64,000 bases of DNA from Dipteris shenzhenensis (lineage: Eukaryota): assembly GCA_047967505.1 (NCBI GenBank), contig CM106538.1. The stretch is one strand, 5' to 3'. The notes beneath the pieces were generated by a model. The model did not search any database. It was not told the DNA's origin and was given only the letters and a program-made list of their open reading frames with translations. Of the stretch, positions 24,702-38,315 are shown in pieces (position 1 is the stretch's first letter; each line of letters starts with the position of its first letter). The translations under genes and the position numbers were made by a program.

Positions 24702-26960
24702 CACTACTACACATGGATCCTATTGCGATGTTTACGTACTGACGTTTAGTGCGAGCGGTGCGCTAATCGTCAGTATGAAAAGCGCGTTCCGTAAAGCGTC
24801 GCCATATAGTGACGCTAGATAAACGTCGCTATATAGCGACTATTATAAAGGTCGCTATATAGCGACTTACGAGTGTCGCTATATAGCGACACTGAGATAC
24901 TATTTTATAGCGACGTTTTCCAGAGAGGTTTTTTACTCATATAGGCCTTAAAAGTTAGTTTTTTCCAATGATAATTTTTTTTTAATTTTCATATAGGTTT
25001 GATCTCATAGAGAATAAAAATATGAGAGCATGTACATCAAGTCTTTTAAGCTCATATATTCATGTCCAAGTTTGAGATGAAAAAAATCAATTCAGAGCAT
25101 TTACATCAACTGTTTGATCTTGAGCCAAGTCTAAGGCGCCAAACAAGTCTATCTCCAACTCTATACCGAGTTGATCTCCTATATCATCATCGTACTCTAG
25201 CATCGTACGTTCACCTAAAAGTACTTGATCATCTTCTTCAATAAAGTGTGGTGATTCTTGATGATCGTTGTCTTCTTCCTCAATATCGTGATCTCCATCT
25301 TCCTCCCATGCGATGTCATTATGCGCATCTTCCTCTTGGCTCATATTGTGATCTTCATCTTCTTCGCTAGATTCATTGCGATCAATTGGATCCGGCATTG
25401 GTAGTGGCATCTCCATATCCACATCTCGATCTTCGAAAATTTGCTTACTTTGTGGTGCAACTTGGATCATGTACCACCATCTTGGATCAAAACGATCCGG
25501 ATGAAAAACCACCTATATTGAAGATGGGTGCCAAATGTCGTCAATTATATATATGAAATTATGCTCAAGTACATGTACTAATGGCTCTTTAAAAACGAAA
25601 GCTTTGATTAATTAAATCATTAGTATGCACCTACTCACAGTGCTCGAGAAGAACAAAAGTATCACTCTCATCGGTCCAATGTTTGGTGGAATCTATTGCA
25701 AAGAAACCGCTATTATCTTTTCTCACTGTCGCATGGGGACCATTGTAAATAGTTCTAAACCATTTTACATCAAGAATGAAAATACTAAATTGTCTAAAAT
25801 CAACTTCATAGATGTCGTGTATGGTTCCACAATAATCCAATTGTGAGGAGAGAAGATTGGTATCCAAAGCACTTGCTCGGCTATCTTGTGTGAAGTTAGC
25901 CATTACTCCACAATCATACGTGACTCTCTTTGAATCGATGCGTTCCACGCAAAAATGTCATCCATATGACCATAATGCACTTTACTTTTTGTACTGTAAA
26001 AGAGCATCATTATAACAATGAAGATGCATCTATTTTATAGCGTATATTGCCATAAATAATTACTTAATTACGTCAAAAGGTAAGAAACTTACATGCACCA
26101 TACATCTAGATGATAACTCTCGCTTGCGCTCGTTTATTATCTCTCCATCGCATTCGGCTTTACGTAGAGCCAGCTGTAGCCAATCAAGTGACATGTGAGT
26201 GGGGAGAAGAGCCAGATCCCGTGGATATGGTTGTGATTGCCTGTACATTACTCTGAATCTCGTCCTTGCATTTATTCTTTCTGCTTTGGCCACTTCATAT
26301 CTCTCAATCCACTTCTGCATCTCAGGGCTACTGAGGATACAAAACTTATTGAATTTCTCCATTTCCTCTTCGCTCATCTTTCTTTCAATCCCTTTTTCTT
26401 GAGGAACCTCGCCAATGATGTGATCATCATCCTTGTTATGCCAAGCTTGCGGCATATCGGGATCCATGGATGCAAGAACCTCTGTGATATATACTAATGA
26501 CTCTTGCACAAGCCATCCCTCTGCCATGCTTGCTTCTAGTCTTGCTCTTTGTCTTACAAATCCCTTTAAAGTTTTCATAAACCGCTCGAGAAAAAACATC
26601 CATCGACTATGAACGGTACCTGCAATAGCCACCTCATCAACTATGTGCACAAGCAAGTGGACTTGAGTTGTCATAATGCTCGAGGGAAAGTGCTTCTCAA
26701 GCAAGCATACAGCTTCGATGGATTCCACCCTAGCCTTCTCGATGCTCGATATGGAGATCTCTTTTTGAGATATCCACCTATTTCACATGTCCATGTAAGA
26801 TATTTTCATAATCAGTCTACAAATTAATCAACTTAAATTGAAGAAAATGCAATCAATGCGATTTGATAGTAAGCATACCTCACAATACCACAGATTTTGA
26901 ATATAGCATTTCTAACATCTTCTTGTAAGCACCCTTTTATTGTAATAGGGAGGATGAACT
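24702..26960 (-). mobile_element. CACTA/En-Spm element, 3' half (DUF4218/DUF4216-like transposase region)
   Basis: CACTACTACACA at 24702 with GTCGCTATATAGCGAC repeats. VHLLVHIVDEV..GTVHSRWMFFLERFMKTLK (26060-26728) and TYDCGV..DYCGTIHDIYEVDF..DVKWF (25631-25948). Confidence 0.9.
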
Positions 26961-27630
26961 ATCAAAGCAACAAAGAAGTCACGTCAACAAGCAACCAGCT
27001 ACGTCAAGAAAAGAAGCAAACACCATCGTCATCAAGCCATGAGCCAAAAGGTGACATCAATGGAATGCATTGAAAAGTAAAATCCTTGCCAACCTTGCCT
27101 ATATTTTGTAAATCAAACCTGACCACCTGAGAGTAGCTATGAAAGCACCCAGGGGAGGTATTGACATGTAAAAGCCACACTTGACCACCTTAAGTAGCAA
27201 TGCATGCACTAAGGGGAGGTGATGGATTTGTAACTCACAGCTGACCACCTTGCAGTAGCCAAAGAGTTATGGCACCAAGGGGAGGTGTTGAGAGTTTTGG
27301 TGCCATGAGCACATGTAGAGCAAAGGTATGAGTAAAGGGAAAGCTGCCACATGGCATGGAGGAGATATCCCACATGTGAGCAAGCAAATGGATGTAAGTA
27401 CCCTCACCTATAAAAGGGAGGTTCATTTGAAGTAATATCAATCAAGCACTTTGCACTATCTCAAGATTCTCTTTATGAGTCCAAGTTAATCTATCTTGGA
27501 ACCTAATTGACTTGAGGTACATGTCATGAGCACACTCATCATGTTTGCACTTAGGTTGCATCCTCCTTAGATTAGTGTTGTATTAGGATGTTGTCTCAGT
27601 GACTAGGAGAGTATGATCCTCACTCTATCA
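26961..27630 (+). mobile_element. 3' fragment (triple-PPT region plus LTR) of an element related to 56054-58788
   Basis: 26990-27310 is the reverse-complement homologue of about 56370-56690, with three TGACCACCT...AGGGGAGGT units. The LTR starts TGTTGAGA at 27286 and probably ends at about 27630. Confidence 0.75.
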
Positions 27631-28628
27631 CATCCTCCATATGCTCCATATTAATAAATGTACTATACATCACTTTGGAACATGGCCTAATAGGTATGAT
27701 GTGCCACCACCTATTATTATCCACCATTGGTTGATAGACAACCTAATTCAAACACAAATACAAACATGTTATTTTCCTTGCATCGAAGTATCAAATATTA
27801 AAAAGTAAGTAATATTTTTTTATATGTGTACAATACCTATTCACATTATTGCGATAGTACTAGTGTGTCCTTCTTTCTTTGCCAAAACTTTATGCAGTCT
27901 ATAGTTACAAATCCACTTACATGGCATTTGATTGTTGCATTAGGGCCTCTTTTTCATGAAGCGCTCGAGGAAGAACAACCATCGTGCATGTACAATGCCA
28001 CATATAGCAATCTCATCCACCAAATGCACTATGAGATGTAGTTGGCTTGTGAGAATAGAAGGTGGAAAGGTCTCTTCCACTAAACAAACCACCTACACTG
28101 ACATAACTTGAGCATCCTCAAGCATGGTGGGATCTATTTCCTTTGAGCTCACATACCTAGAAAGAAAAAAGTGCACCATATTAGCAATATGAAAACCTTG
28201 CATCGTTTATTGATATGATTCACATTTTGTATAGTGTGAAGTACCTCACAAGCTTGCTCATCTTGTAAATACAATCCTTCATATCCTTCAATGCACTAGA
28301 AGAAATGCTAGTAGGTAGTATGAATTGAACACATGAGCGATGGTTGATTAGTTCCTTCTACACTAAAAAATTTGGAAGGAAAAAGAGATTATGCCAAGTC
28401 ATACTTACTTGGAGCATCCTGTAACAATAATGAGATTTCAAGTTGTATGATTTCTCTACACCTATTTTCTTGCTCTTTGTGAAGGCCCCCTTCAAACACC
28501 TCATGCATCCAGTGGGAGTACGAATTGAAGTAATAGCCCACTTCACCACTGCCACCATCTCTAGCTTTGATAACTTCCATGGTGCACGAGGTAAAAGACA
28601 CTCCCATTCAGCCTCTCTTGTGGCCAAG

Positions 28629-28891
28629 CTTCACGCATACTCCTTGTGGTACATAGATCCTCCCTTATGCTCAAGGAATATCATGCCCCATTTAAATGTT
28701 CCCAAATGGTAGATGCCACATTCTTGAAGATATGCATGGGATCAAGAAGGTGATTGATCTTCATGCATACTCCTTAGGGTACGTAGATCCTCCCTTATGC
28801 TCAAGGAATCTCATGTCCCATTCAAATGTTCCCAAATGGTAGATGCCATGTTCTTGAAAATATGCATGGGATCAAGAAGGTGATTGATCTT
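28629..28891 (+). repeat. 130-bp tandem duplication within the CACTA transposase
   Basis: CTTCA.GCATACTCC...AGATCCTCCCTTATGCTCAAGG...GGTGATTGATCTT starts at both 28629 and 28759. Confidence 0.85.
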
Positions 28892-31340
28892 GAGGTGGGA
28901 CCAATATGATAGCCGATAAAAGATGGAGTACTAAACAAAAGATGGTGTTAGCATGCAATCTTTATTCCCATTCAATATAGCACACAATAGTTACAAACCC
29001 TTATCGGCTCATGCCACATGGAGGAGGAGTCTTGGAAAGGTCCCAAATTTTCATCCAATCTCTTGCAGTGAGTGACTGTAGGGGGACTTCATTCCAAGGG
29101 GTGACATATCTAGGATGATCAAGTGGGAGAAATCGATGGTGATTCTCATAGATGACCTTATTCAATGTGTCTGGTTGTGAAGCAACTAGCAAAGGATCAT
29201 AAATAGGTTCAATGTATAGTAATCCGATGTAGTGAGACCTTAACAATAGATGCAATTGCATAAGCAAGGTTGGTTTATGGTGCCACATTGGTTGCCTACT
29301 CATAATTAAAAGTTCAATGCTTACCTGAACACTCGCCATAGCTTGGGAAGTCATGCATCGACCACATCAAAAATGCCTTGCAGTTGAAGTCTTATGATGC
29401 ACCTCTGTACCTCTACAAAGTATCTCTAGCTCATCAATCAAAGGCTCCAGATAAACATCTGGGTTTTTGACTTTATGTTTCCCTAGTATTAGAAGGGATA
29501 ACATAACATGTCCTTTCTTAATCGCCATAGAGGGTGGAAGATTATAATTTACCAATATCACTGGCCATACACTATAAGAGGTGCTTTTGAGACCAAATGG
29601 TTTCACACGGTCCATACCCAATCCAAGTCTCAAGTTCCTAGGTTCTTCCTTGAAGATTGGCCATGTGTCTTCAATATGCTTCCACGCAGGAGTGTTTGTG
29701 GGAAATATCCACTTGCCATCAGTTGATCAATGGGAGGAATGCCATGACATGAGCTCTACAATGGATTTGCACTTGAACATATGTTGGATGCGAGGGATTA
29801 TGGGAAATTTTCATAGAACCTTATGAAGCACATCCAAAGTTTTGAGATCTGCTCTATATCTTGCCTCGCCACAAGTAGGACACTCTCTTGCCTCCTTATG
29901 TGGTCCATGAAGTAGAATGCAATCATTGATGCATGCATGGATGCACTTGTAATCCAACCCTCCAAGTGCCTCACCATATCTCTTGACATCGGTAATTTAT
30001 TCTCCCTTGGAAGCATTTGAGACAATAGCCTGCACATGAAGACCATAAACGAGAAAAAGTATTCTAGTAATTGACCCATTAGCATAATTCACCATGTTTG
30101 CAAAATAGAAATTAAAGCTTACTTGTGCCATAATGCATTCAAACTTGTATTGCTCCATCCATAAATGGTCTACAAGTTTAGTAACTCAAGGGAGGAATGT
30201 AGAATAGAGAATGTGCACCCGTCAAACACTGGTGTTGATGCTACAGTAAAAAGATCATTCTGCTCCATCTTATCATCCATATCTGAGGATTGATGGGAAA
30301 ATAAATGTCGCATATATCATTGAACACCTCCTCTTCCATGGCCTCATGAGGTAATGGTGGAGGGCTACTATCACCAATACTGCATGCATCCATAATGGTC
30401 CTTCTAGAAGATCCCACCTCATATGGCCGACGCTTTGCCTCCTCGTCGACAACCATGGGGCAACATATGTGGGTGTGGCACTGCATCCTGTATCAAATTC
30501 GAAAAGGATCACATATCAAACACTTGAACACCCATAGGTATCTCAATCAACCTCAACACTTTAACACTTACCATGGATATGATTGCATCCCATTCTCCAT
30601 ACTTTGAGATGTGACTGAGTGTAATTCTACGTGCACGATACTGTTGAGAGTTCAGGCTCAACATCATGTGATCATGTGTGCATAGCACCATCACGTGATC
30701 ATATGTGCATAGCACTAACCTTATAGAGTGCTATAAAGGAAAGGGTTAGATCCCCTAACCCTAACCCTAAAAGGATTTGTATATATTCTATTTTTTCAAC
30801 TAGATCTAGTGTACAGTTAGTCATTTGTGGTGTGCTCTCTAGCTGTGCCCTCTCTCCTCATCTCCACTCTTCTCCTCTCCCCTCTTCATATTTTGTCATG
30901 GTATCAGAGCTTCCTTGCCTTCCGCTGAGGCATTGTGATTCTTGAGAGTGATTGAGAGATTGAGAGATTGAGAGAGATTGAGTGTTCCATTCTCTTCCGT
31001 TGAGAGAAAATTCCGTCCATCGGAAGAAGATTTCCGTCATTTGTGCTTGAGAGATTTCCGTCATTTGAGAGAGTTTATTTGAGTGTTTCTTGAGTTGAGA
31101 GAAAAGAGAGATTTCAGAGACTATTGAGATTTGTGAGAGTTTCTTGAAGAGAGCTCCCTTTATTCATTTGGTTCATTGCTTTTTGTGAGAGAAAAGATCT
31201 CAGCTCTTACAAGAGCTTGTGTGAGAGATATCTTCACAGCATACAAAGAGCAGACCAGCCGACAATGAGCGAGTAGACTGCTATCTACTCCACGACAACA
31301 AGCCGACCAAGACAACAAAAGCAGCCAAGCTTCTCCATCT

Positions 31341-31877
31341 TCAAGCTCCAACAAGCTTCATATGAGGCGACATCAACGTACAACAAAAGGCGGCATATCT
31401 TAATCGACCCGATTGTGCTTGAGGCCCATTCACGGATTCATAGTACAGATGCTCAGACGAGCCCCTGGGACTCTTGGCTTCCTCCATGAGTTGATCTGAA
31501 GAAGAAACTGCACCTCTGGAAGGCATTCCAACTCGCGGGAAAAGGAAAGCACGTAGTCTGGATGCTCCGCCGTCTCGAGCCTCGTTCCGATCATACTCTT
31601 CGATCATATTCTCCACATCTTCATCACAGCTAACGGATATAAGAGCATCCAGATCCTTGCTGGGGAGCTGGTATTTGAGCCATAGATTGGATCCAAAGAG
31701 CTTCTCCAGCTTGCTCATGAGCTCTGAGAAACTAATGTTTTTTTTTTTTACGGAGACTAATCGAGTGTCGCCACCCACGTAGCGCAGCTGTCCATCGGCC
31801 TTGGGCAAGATCTTGCCGCCATGGCTGCACAAGAACTTGATGCGAGACCCAAAAAGCTCTTCTCAATCGACGGCCAT
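31341..31877 (-). pseudogene. Captured plant PB1-domain gene fragment, antisense within Copia-B
   Basis: RIKFLCSHGGKILPKADGQLRYVGGDTRLVSV...LKYQLPSKDLDALISVSCDEDVENMIEEYD...RLRAFLFP is a canonical plant PB1 domain. The in-frame ATG at 31877 is followed by TGA at 31865-31863. Confidence 0.9.
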
Positions 31878-32289
31878 TCAACTGTGTACATCAGAAGAGC
31901 CTCCTTCGAAGCTGCGCAGCCCAACCAAATGACCTTCGACTGACTTCAGCACGCAGCTCCTGCAATACTTTGCATTGCAAACGAGGCACGTCTCTTTCCT
32001 CCCAGCAGCTCCCGTGAGCTTCTAGCCGCCGCCAAAACAAGCTGCGACTTCCGACCATCATCGGAGAAGATGATAGAATCTCGAGATTCCGTCGGCATCT
32101 CAGACATTCTGATAACGATTTCGGTCTCCCTCCTTGCGACACGTGGCAGATAACCTTAGCCACAATTGCCACGTCATCAATCTACCACGTCATCTTATCT
32201 ACCACGTGGCAGATAAGCACCTCATAAATCTGACACGTGGCAATCTTATCCACAGTGCCACATCACTCGCACCACATCATCGACCACGT

Positions 32290-32405
32290 AAGCAGTCCAC
32301 ATCATCACCGACTACCATGTCATCATCGACTGCCACATCACCATCGACTGCCACATCATCATCGACTACCACATCACCATCGACTGCCATGTCACCTACC
32401 ACATC
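32290..32405 (+). repeat. 18-bp minisatellite inside Copia-B
   Basis: About 5-6 copies of CATCA(C/T)CATCGACT(G/A)CCA. Confidence 0.8.
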
Positions 32406-35400
32406 ATCAGTGACACATCATCAGCCACATCACCTGCCACGTCATCAGTGACACGTCAACATTTCCATGTCACCCTGCTGACATCATTTGTGCTAACTCA
32501 GCACTGCCACCTCAGCAGTCCAGTCAGCACTGACCCCTGCAGGCACAGTCCCTTGCCAGGCACACTGTGCACACACTGCATGTGCACATTCCTGCCACCT
32601 CAGCACAGAGCTTCACTGGAACACCTCTTGCTAAGCACAGTGCCACATCATCACTGCATGTGACTCACAGTGACACATCATCATTGAGCACCATTTGCAC
32701 TCCTTTTGCCCCTCCACCTAGATCAAGTCGTATCTCTTGATCCAGGAAGAATTTGAGGGTGCTCCAAAAAGGAAAGTCGCTCGTTTTTTCGTGCTCTACG
32801 CGCTTGTTACCTCACGTGCACATTTCGGTGCAAGTTACACTCACATTTGAGCCTCGCCGAAAAAACCACTTCCTTCATGCACATTTGCCTCTACATCGAC
32901 GCATCTGACCCAGCACTTAAAAAGAACAAAAGAAAAGGAATTATTTGCTGCTCTTTCATCGATCGACGGTTGGTTTAGATCTAGATCAGAGTAGACTAGA
33001 TTGCCATAGAGGGGACGCTTTGAATTCCCCAAGTTGCCAATTTAAGCCATGCTCGAAATTCCCGACTAGTACCTACTCGGAGTCAGTCCATACACTCACA
33101 TCCGATTTCACATCATTACATTACCTAAAACCTTACGTTCATCAGTTCAGTGAGCAGACTTCAGAGTTCAGAGGCATTGCAGCTTGATTCAGTGGGCAGA
33201 TAGCACTTAATTTCACACACACATGCCACCATTGTAAAGCCTATTTGGCTATCTCACGGCATCGTGCACATCATTTTTTTAGCCTTGTAAAGCCTCTTGG
33301 CTATTCCCGGCATCATTGCCACAAGCCTTGTAACACAGATCAGATCTTATATACTGCAGTTCTATCTTCACCGACGGTACAGAGATTTCACTTGGCATCT
33401 TCAGTGTATTTGCAATTGATTCATACAGAGTTTTTCAGGACACTTTTGAGTACATTGTTTGCACCATGTCGACTAGCAACCTCAATCTGGAGGCATCTGC
33501 TAAGTTAGACAACTCCAATTACGGTACATGGAAATACCAAATGGAGACCATTCTTGTGCTTCAGGACAAATGGGAGTATGTCGATGGATCTATACCTAGA
33601 CCATTGGCCGATTCAGCCACCAGTACCTCTACTCCATCTGTTGTCACAGTACCAGCAATGGGATCTACATCGGGATCTACATCTACACAAACAATTTCCG
33701 CACTAGTAGCAGATCCTGCCATTGCCCGAGCTCAAGCAGAATGGGATAAGAAAGACAAGTATGCCTATCATCTGATCAAGCAGAATGTGCAAGATGTCAT
33801 GCTAGGACAGCTCAACACAGTCAAGACATCAAAAGAAGCATGGGATATGTTCGCAGCTCTCTACGAGTCCAAGAACACATCCAGGATTCTCACCCTGAGA
33901 AACCAGATCAACCAGAGTTTCCACAATAGCAATGAAACGTGCTTATGTACTCCGCATCAAAGACTACAACAATCAACTTGCAACAGTAGGAGAGACTATG
34001 AATCCTACAGAAATGGTTCAAGTAATCCTGAATGGACTAGGAGAAGGATGTGAGAATCTAGTCCAGAGTATTGCCATCCCAACGGCAAATTCCAACACTG
34101 GAAGAACTTCAGTCAGTTCTACTTGGTGAAGAACTCAGGACTCAGGCCATTCAAGCACGTAAAGGTCATTCTAATGATCAGGCATTCACAGCTTCAGACA
34201 GAAGCAGAGGCAAAGGCAGAAACAGAGGTAGATCATATCAGAAAAGTGGTCATCATCAACAAAGTCAAAATCAGCATCAGCATCAGCAACATCCTCAGCA
34301 ACATCTGAATCAGCAAAGAGGAAATCATTCCAACTGAGGAAGATTCCAAGGACGAGGGAATGCATCCACCAATGTGTCAAACATTCAATGCAACTACTGT
34401 CACAAGTTTGGACACTATGAAAGAGATTGCCGCAAGAAGCAGTATGACCAAGGCGGTCAATCCAACAGTAATCGAGGGAATTCCCGAGGAAGAGGAAATC
34501 ATCGTGGTGGACATTCTAGTCACAGTCATTTTGCAAATGAACATGGCAATATGTTTCTTGCAAGTGAGGAATTGCATCAGACTAATACAATGCACCTAGA
34601 CACTGATTTCAATCCCAAAGAGGATTTCAGCTATCAAGTCGACCAAGTGGAACAGGATCCTTGGTACATCGACAGCGGTGCATCATCTCATATGACAAAT
34701 CACCAAGATGGTTCACAAAAATGAAGCCATTAGAAGGTCAAAAGAATGTCATCTACACAGTAGACAATACACCGACGAATCTGGTTCAAGGGACAGGTGT
34801 TATCCCTATGAACAATTTCACTGGTACAAAAGGATTAGTCAAAGATGTGCTTTATGTTCCGAAGCTCAGCAAGAACCTTTTGTCAGTAGGTCAAATGACG
34901 GAACACAACTACAAAGTCATCTTCGATGGTGATGAATGCACTATCAGAGACAAATCCAAAAGAGGTCAGCTAGTAGCAAAAGGTGTCAAGGAAGGATGCT
35001 TATACAGGATACTAGCTACAGTACCAGATAAGCATGCCATGTCAGCTCAAATGCAACAGATGCCACTATCTACAAAATGGCACAAGAGATATGGTCATGT
35101 CAACTTTAAGTACTTGTTAGATCTCCGGAATCAGAATATGGCAATTGGGATTCCGAAGCTACAGTTTCTTGGAAAGGTTTGTGAAGCATGCTGCTTCGGC
35201 AAACAAAAGCGAACCAACTTTGTCAGAAGTACCTCTCGTGCACGAGGTATTCTTGATTTGATTCATACAGATGTATGGGGTTATGCCCAGACCCGCAGCA
35301 TCAATGGTTCACTTTATTACTTGACCTTCATCGACGATTACAGTAGATATTGTTGGGTTTACTTTCTGAAAGAAAAATCTGAAGTGTTTGCCAGATTTCA

Positions 35401-37247
35401 AGAATTCAAAGCCATGGTAGAAAACCAAACAGGCAGAAAGATCAAGGTCATGAGATCAGATAGAGGAGGTGAATACATGTCTTCAGCATTCATGAACTTT
35501 TGCAAAAATCACGTCATTCAAAGACAATTCACATGTGCAGATACTCCTTAGCAAAATGCAAGAGCTGAAAGGAAGAATGGGACTTTAGCAGACAGTGCTA
35601 GAGCAATGCTTAGTGAAAAGCATCTTCCGAATCAGTATTGGGCAGAAGCAATAGCTACAGCTAACTACTTGCTTAATCGGCTTCCTACCGAACCGATACA
35701 AGGTATGACTCCTTATGAAGCATTCACTGGACACAAGCCACGCATTGGGCATCTCCGCATATTTGGTTGCATAGCATATGCCCACATACATGATGATCAT
35801 CGCAGGAAATTGGATGCGAAGTCACGCAAATGCATCATGGTTGGCTACAGTGAAGAAAGCAAAGCATACAAATTGTATGATCCCATCAACTGCAAAGTCA
35901 TTATCTCCAGAGATGTAATCTTCGATGAGGAATCAGAATGGAAAACCTCACCTACACAGGAAATAGAAGCATCGACTTCACAGTCATCTACAGAACAGGT
36001 TGATGAAGAAGAGCAAGAATTGCCAGCAACACCCCAAGCAGCACCACAGCAGCTCAGACGTTCTACTAGGGAAAGCAGACCACCAGCCAGATTGACATAT
36101 GCTCAGAAAGGCAAAGCAATTCAGGTGGAAACCACCAACTATGCTCTTATGACTACCATCATGGCTACAGAGATCTTGAGGGAAGGTGTTGAGAGTTCCC
36201 GCTCAACATCATGTGATCATGTGTGCATAGCACCATCACGTGATCATATGTGCATAGCACTAACATTATAGAGTGCTATAAAGGAAAGGGTTAGATCCCC
36301 TAACCCTAACCCTAAAATGGTTTGTATATATTCTATTTTTTCAACTAAATCTAGTGTACAGTTAGTCATTTGTGGTGTGCTCTCTAGCTGTGCCCTCTCT
36401 CCTCATCTCCACTCTTCTCCTCTCCCCTCTTCATATTTTGTCAGATACATGTTTCCTTGACATTGATCACACATACATTTGATTTTTTGCTCCAATCACA
36501 TTTCTCGATGGTGGATATGGAGGGATTCATCCTCACTGGAGGTAATTGTTGAAGATGAAGACATCCTACAAATAAACAACCCAAAAAATGTGTTTTTGCT
36601 TGCAAACTTAATGAGAAAACTCTATAGCATGTCTATAGGCGTGTCTGTACTGTGAAACACGTCTATAAGTGCATCTAAAGCATAGTGTAGAGACACTGTT
36701 AGATGCATGAAGTGGTGATTTTCAAACCTAAAATTTGCTCATTTCCTCACTCTACCACATTTGCTTGCCTTTTAACACATTCATCTCCAAGCATACACAC
36801 TCATCTCCAAGCACACACACTCATCTCCAGGCATACACACTCATCCCCAAGCATACAAGAGAAGAGGATGAAGAAGGAAGCCACAAGGAAAGAAGGGCAG
36901 GAAGCTTTGAAGAAAGACAAGAAGCTTTTCATACCTCTATCCAAGGTAAGTCGCTTGTTAGTTGCTCTTCTCTCTCAATCTATGATGCTTCTTGTACACT
37001 CAAAAAGTTGTTCTCTTTAGATTTGTCCTTTGTCGCATGCAAGAAATAATGTTTTTAGGTACTTTTGTTCTTTTTGGGATCGGGCATCCATCATTGTCAG
37101 CTTTTTGTCCAGATCTGCCGTCTGTTGGAGTGCATCTAAAAGTGCATCTAACTTTTTTTAAATTTATGTAGCCACACCTATAGATGCATTGTTAGCCGCA
37201 TGTGTAGATGTGCTACGACATTTTTGCATACAACATACAGCTTTGCA

Positions 37248-37325
37248 TACCTTCTCCTTCTCCTTCTCCTTCTCGTTCTCCTTCTCCTTCCCCTTCCCCT
37301 TCCCCTTCCCATCTCCCTTCTCCTT
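37248..37325 (+). repeat. (CCTTCT/CCTTCC)n pyrimidine hexamer repeat
   Basis: Directly visible in the sequence. Confidence 0.85.
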
Positions 37326-38315
37326 AATCCATTCTCCCTTCTCCTTCCATTCTCCCATCCCCCTTCTCCTTCCATTCTTCCTTCTCTTTCTCTTCTCTTT
37401 CTTAATCCTTCCTTTCTCCTTTCCCTTGGATGCATGTTTAAGTCAAATTTTCAATGCCTTAAGCATTCTTGAGGATTCTAGTTGGAGTGGGCTTGCCCAA
37501 TGGTGTGGTTATAAGATTCAAAGCACTCTTCAATGCCAGTATTTTGGCATTATAGCATGTTCATGTGAGTTTTCTTTGAGGAAAGTTAGGCTTTGACTTC
37601 TGTCAGCCATTCCTTGAGTTTGATTATGATACCACGGTAGGCTTCTAGGCCCTTTGAATAAGCTCATTGCCAATTTCCTAGAGAGAAGTATTTGGTACAC
37701 TCTCAACTTGTGATTCTCATATGAGTTGGCATTGGTGTAGCTTAGTAAGGGTGAGCTTGGTGGAGGTGCTTAGCAGAGTCTCCTATAGGCTATAGGTGAT
37801 TAAAGATATTTAAGGTGGTTTTGGTATAGCCTACCAAGTAACCCATAATCTCTTCTCCATGACCTCCTTCTTTTTTGGGTCTTTAGATTGGAGCTCTTGA
37901 TACTCTTCTATGGAATGGTAGCTTGAAGAAGAGTAGTGACCCATGGCCTCAGAGATTTTGATGCAATTGGGATGTGTTTTGTGCTTCAAGAAGGGCCTTA
38001 TCCTTGAGAGTGGCTAGCAATACATCCATTTGCTGTGCAGTAAAGTTCAGGATATTTTAAGGTTCTTGGGCCAGAGATTTCTGGAACTCAAACATATCAT
38101 ATTGGTTTTGTTGGTGGGGACCACTACCCATTGTGTTTCCTAGATAGGAATTTTTTAGTGCCACAATTGGAGGAATGGAAGTGGGTTGACCGCTACTTCT
38201 GACCTCATGAATTGCGTTGTGGCTTTCTGTGGTGGTGGTAGCTACCTTGTCTTTGTTGCATTCTATCATGATGTTGGCCCATCAAGTGCCGCTTCAACCC
38301 TTGCTCATTCTTGTG

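Larger units (their letters stand above)
30642..36443 (+). mobile_element. Copia-B: complete insertion with gag-PR-INT but no RT/RNase H, carrying a PB1 gene fragment
   Basis: 257-bp LTRs at 30642-30898 and 36187-36443 (about 6 differences). TSD GATAC at 30637-30641 and 36444-36448. PBS 30899-30910, PPT about 36176-36186. gag from 33466, CNYCHKFGHYERDC, WYIDSGASSHM, integrase 34661-36170, which runs directly into the PPT. Confidence 0.95.
27940..36570 (-). mobile_element. Second, older CACTA transposase relic, interrupted by Copia-B
   Basis: RNLRLGLGMD..PFG..SVWPVILVNYNLPP..YLEPLIDEL (29367-29640), LLDPMHIFKN, LKSHYCYRMLQ, and its own QLHLIVHLVDEIAICGIVHARWLFFLERFMK at about 27945-28060. The N-terminus (KCMCDQC) continues at about 36450-36560, beyond Copia-B. 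Confidence 0.8.

Noticed and set aside
37164-37596. ORFs over the CCTTCT repeat
   Set aside because: Artefacts of a simple repeat.
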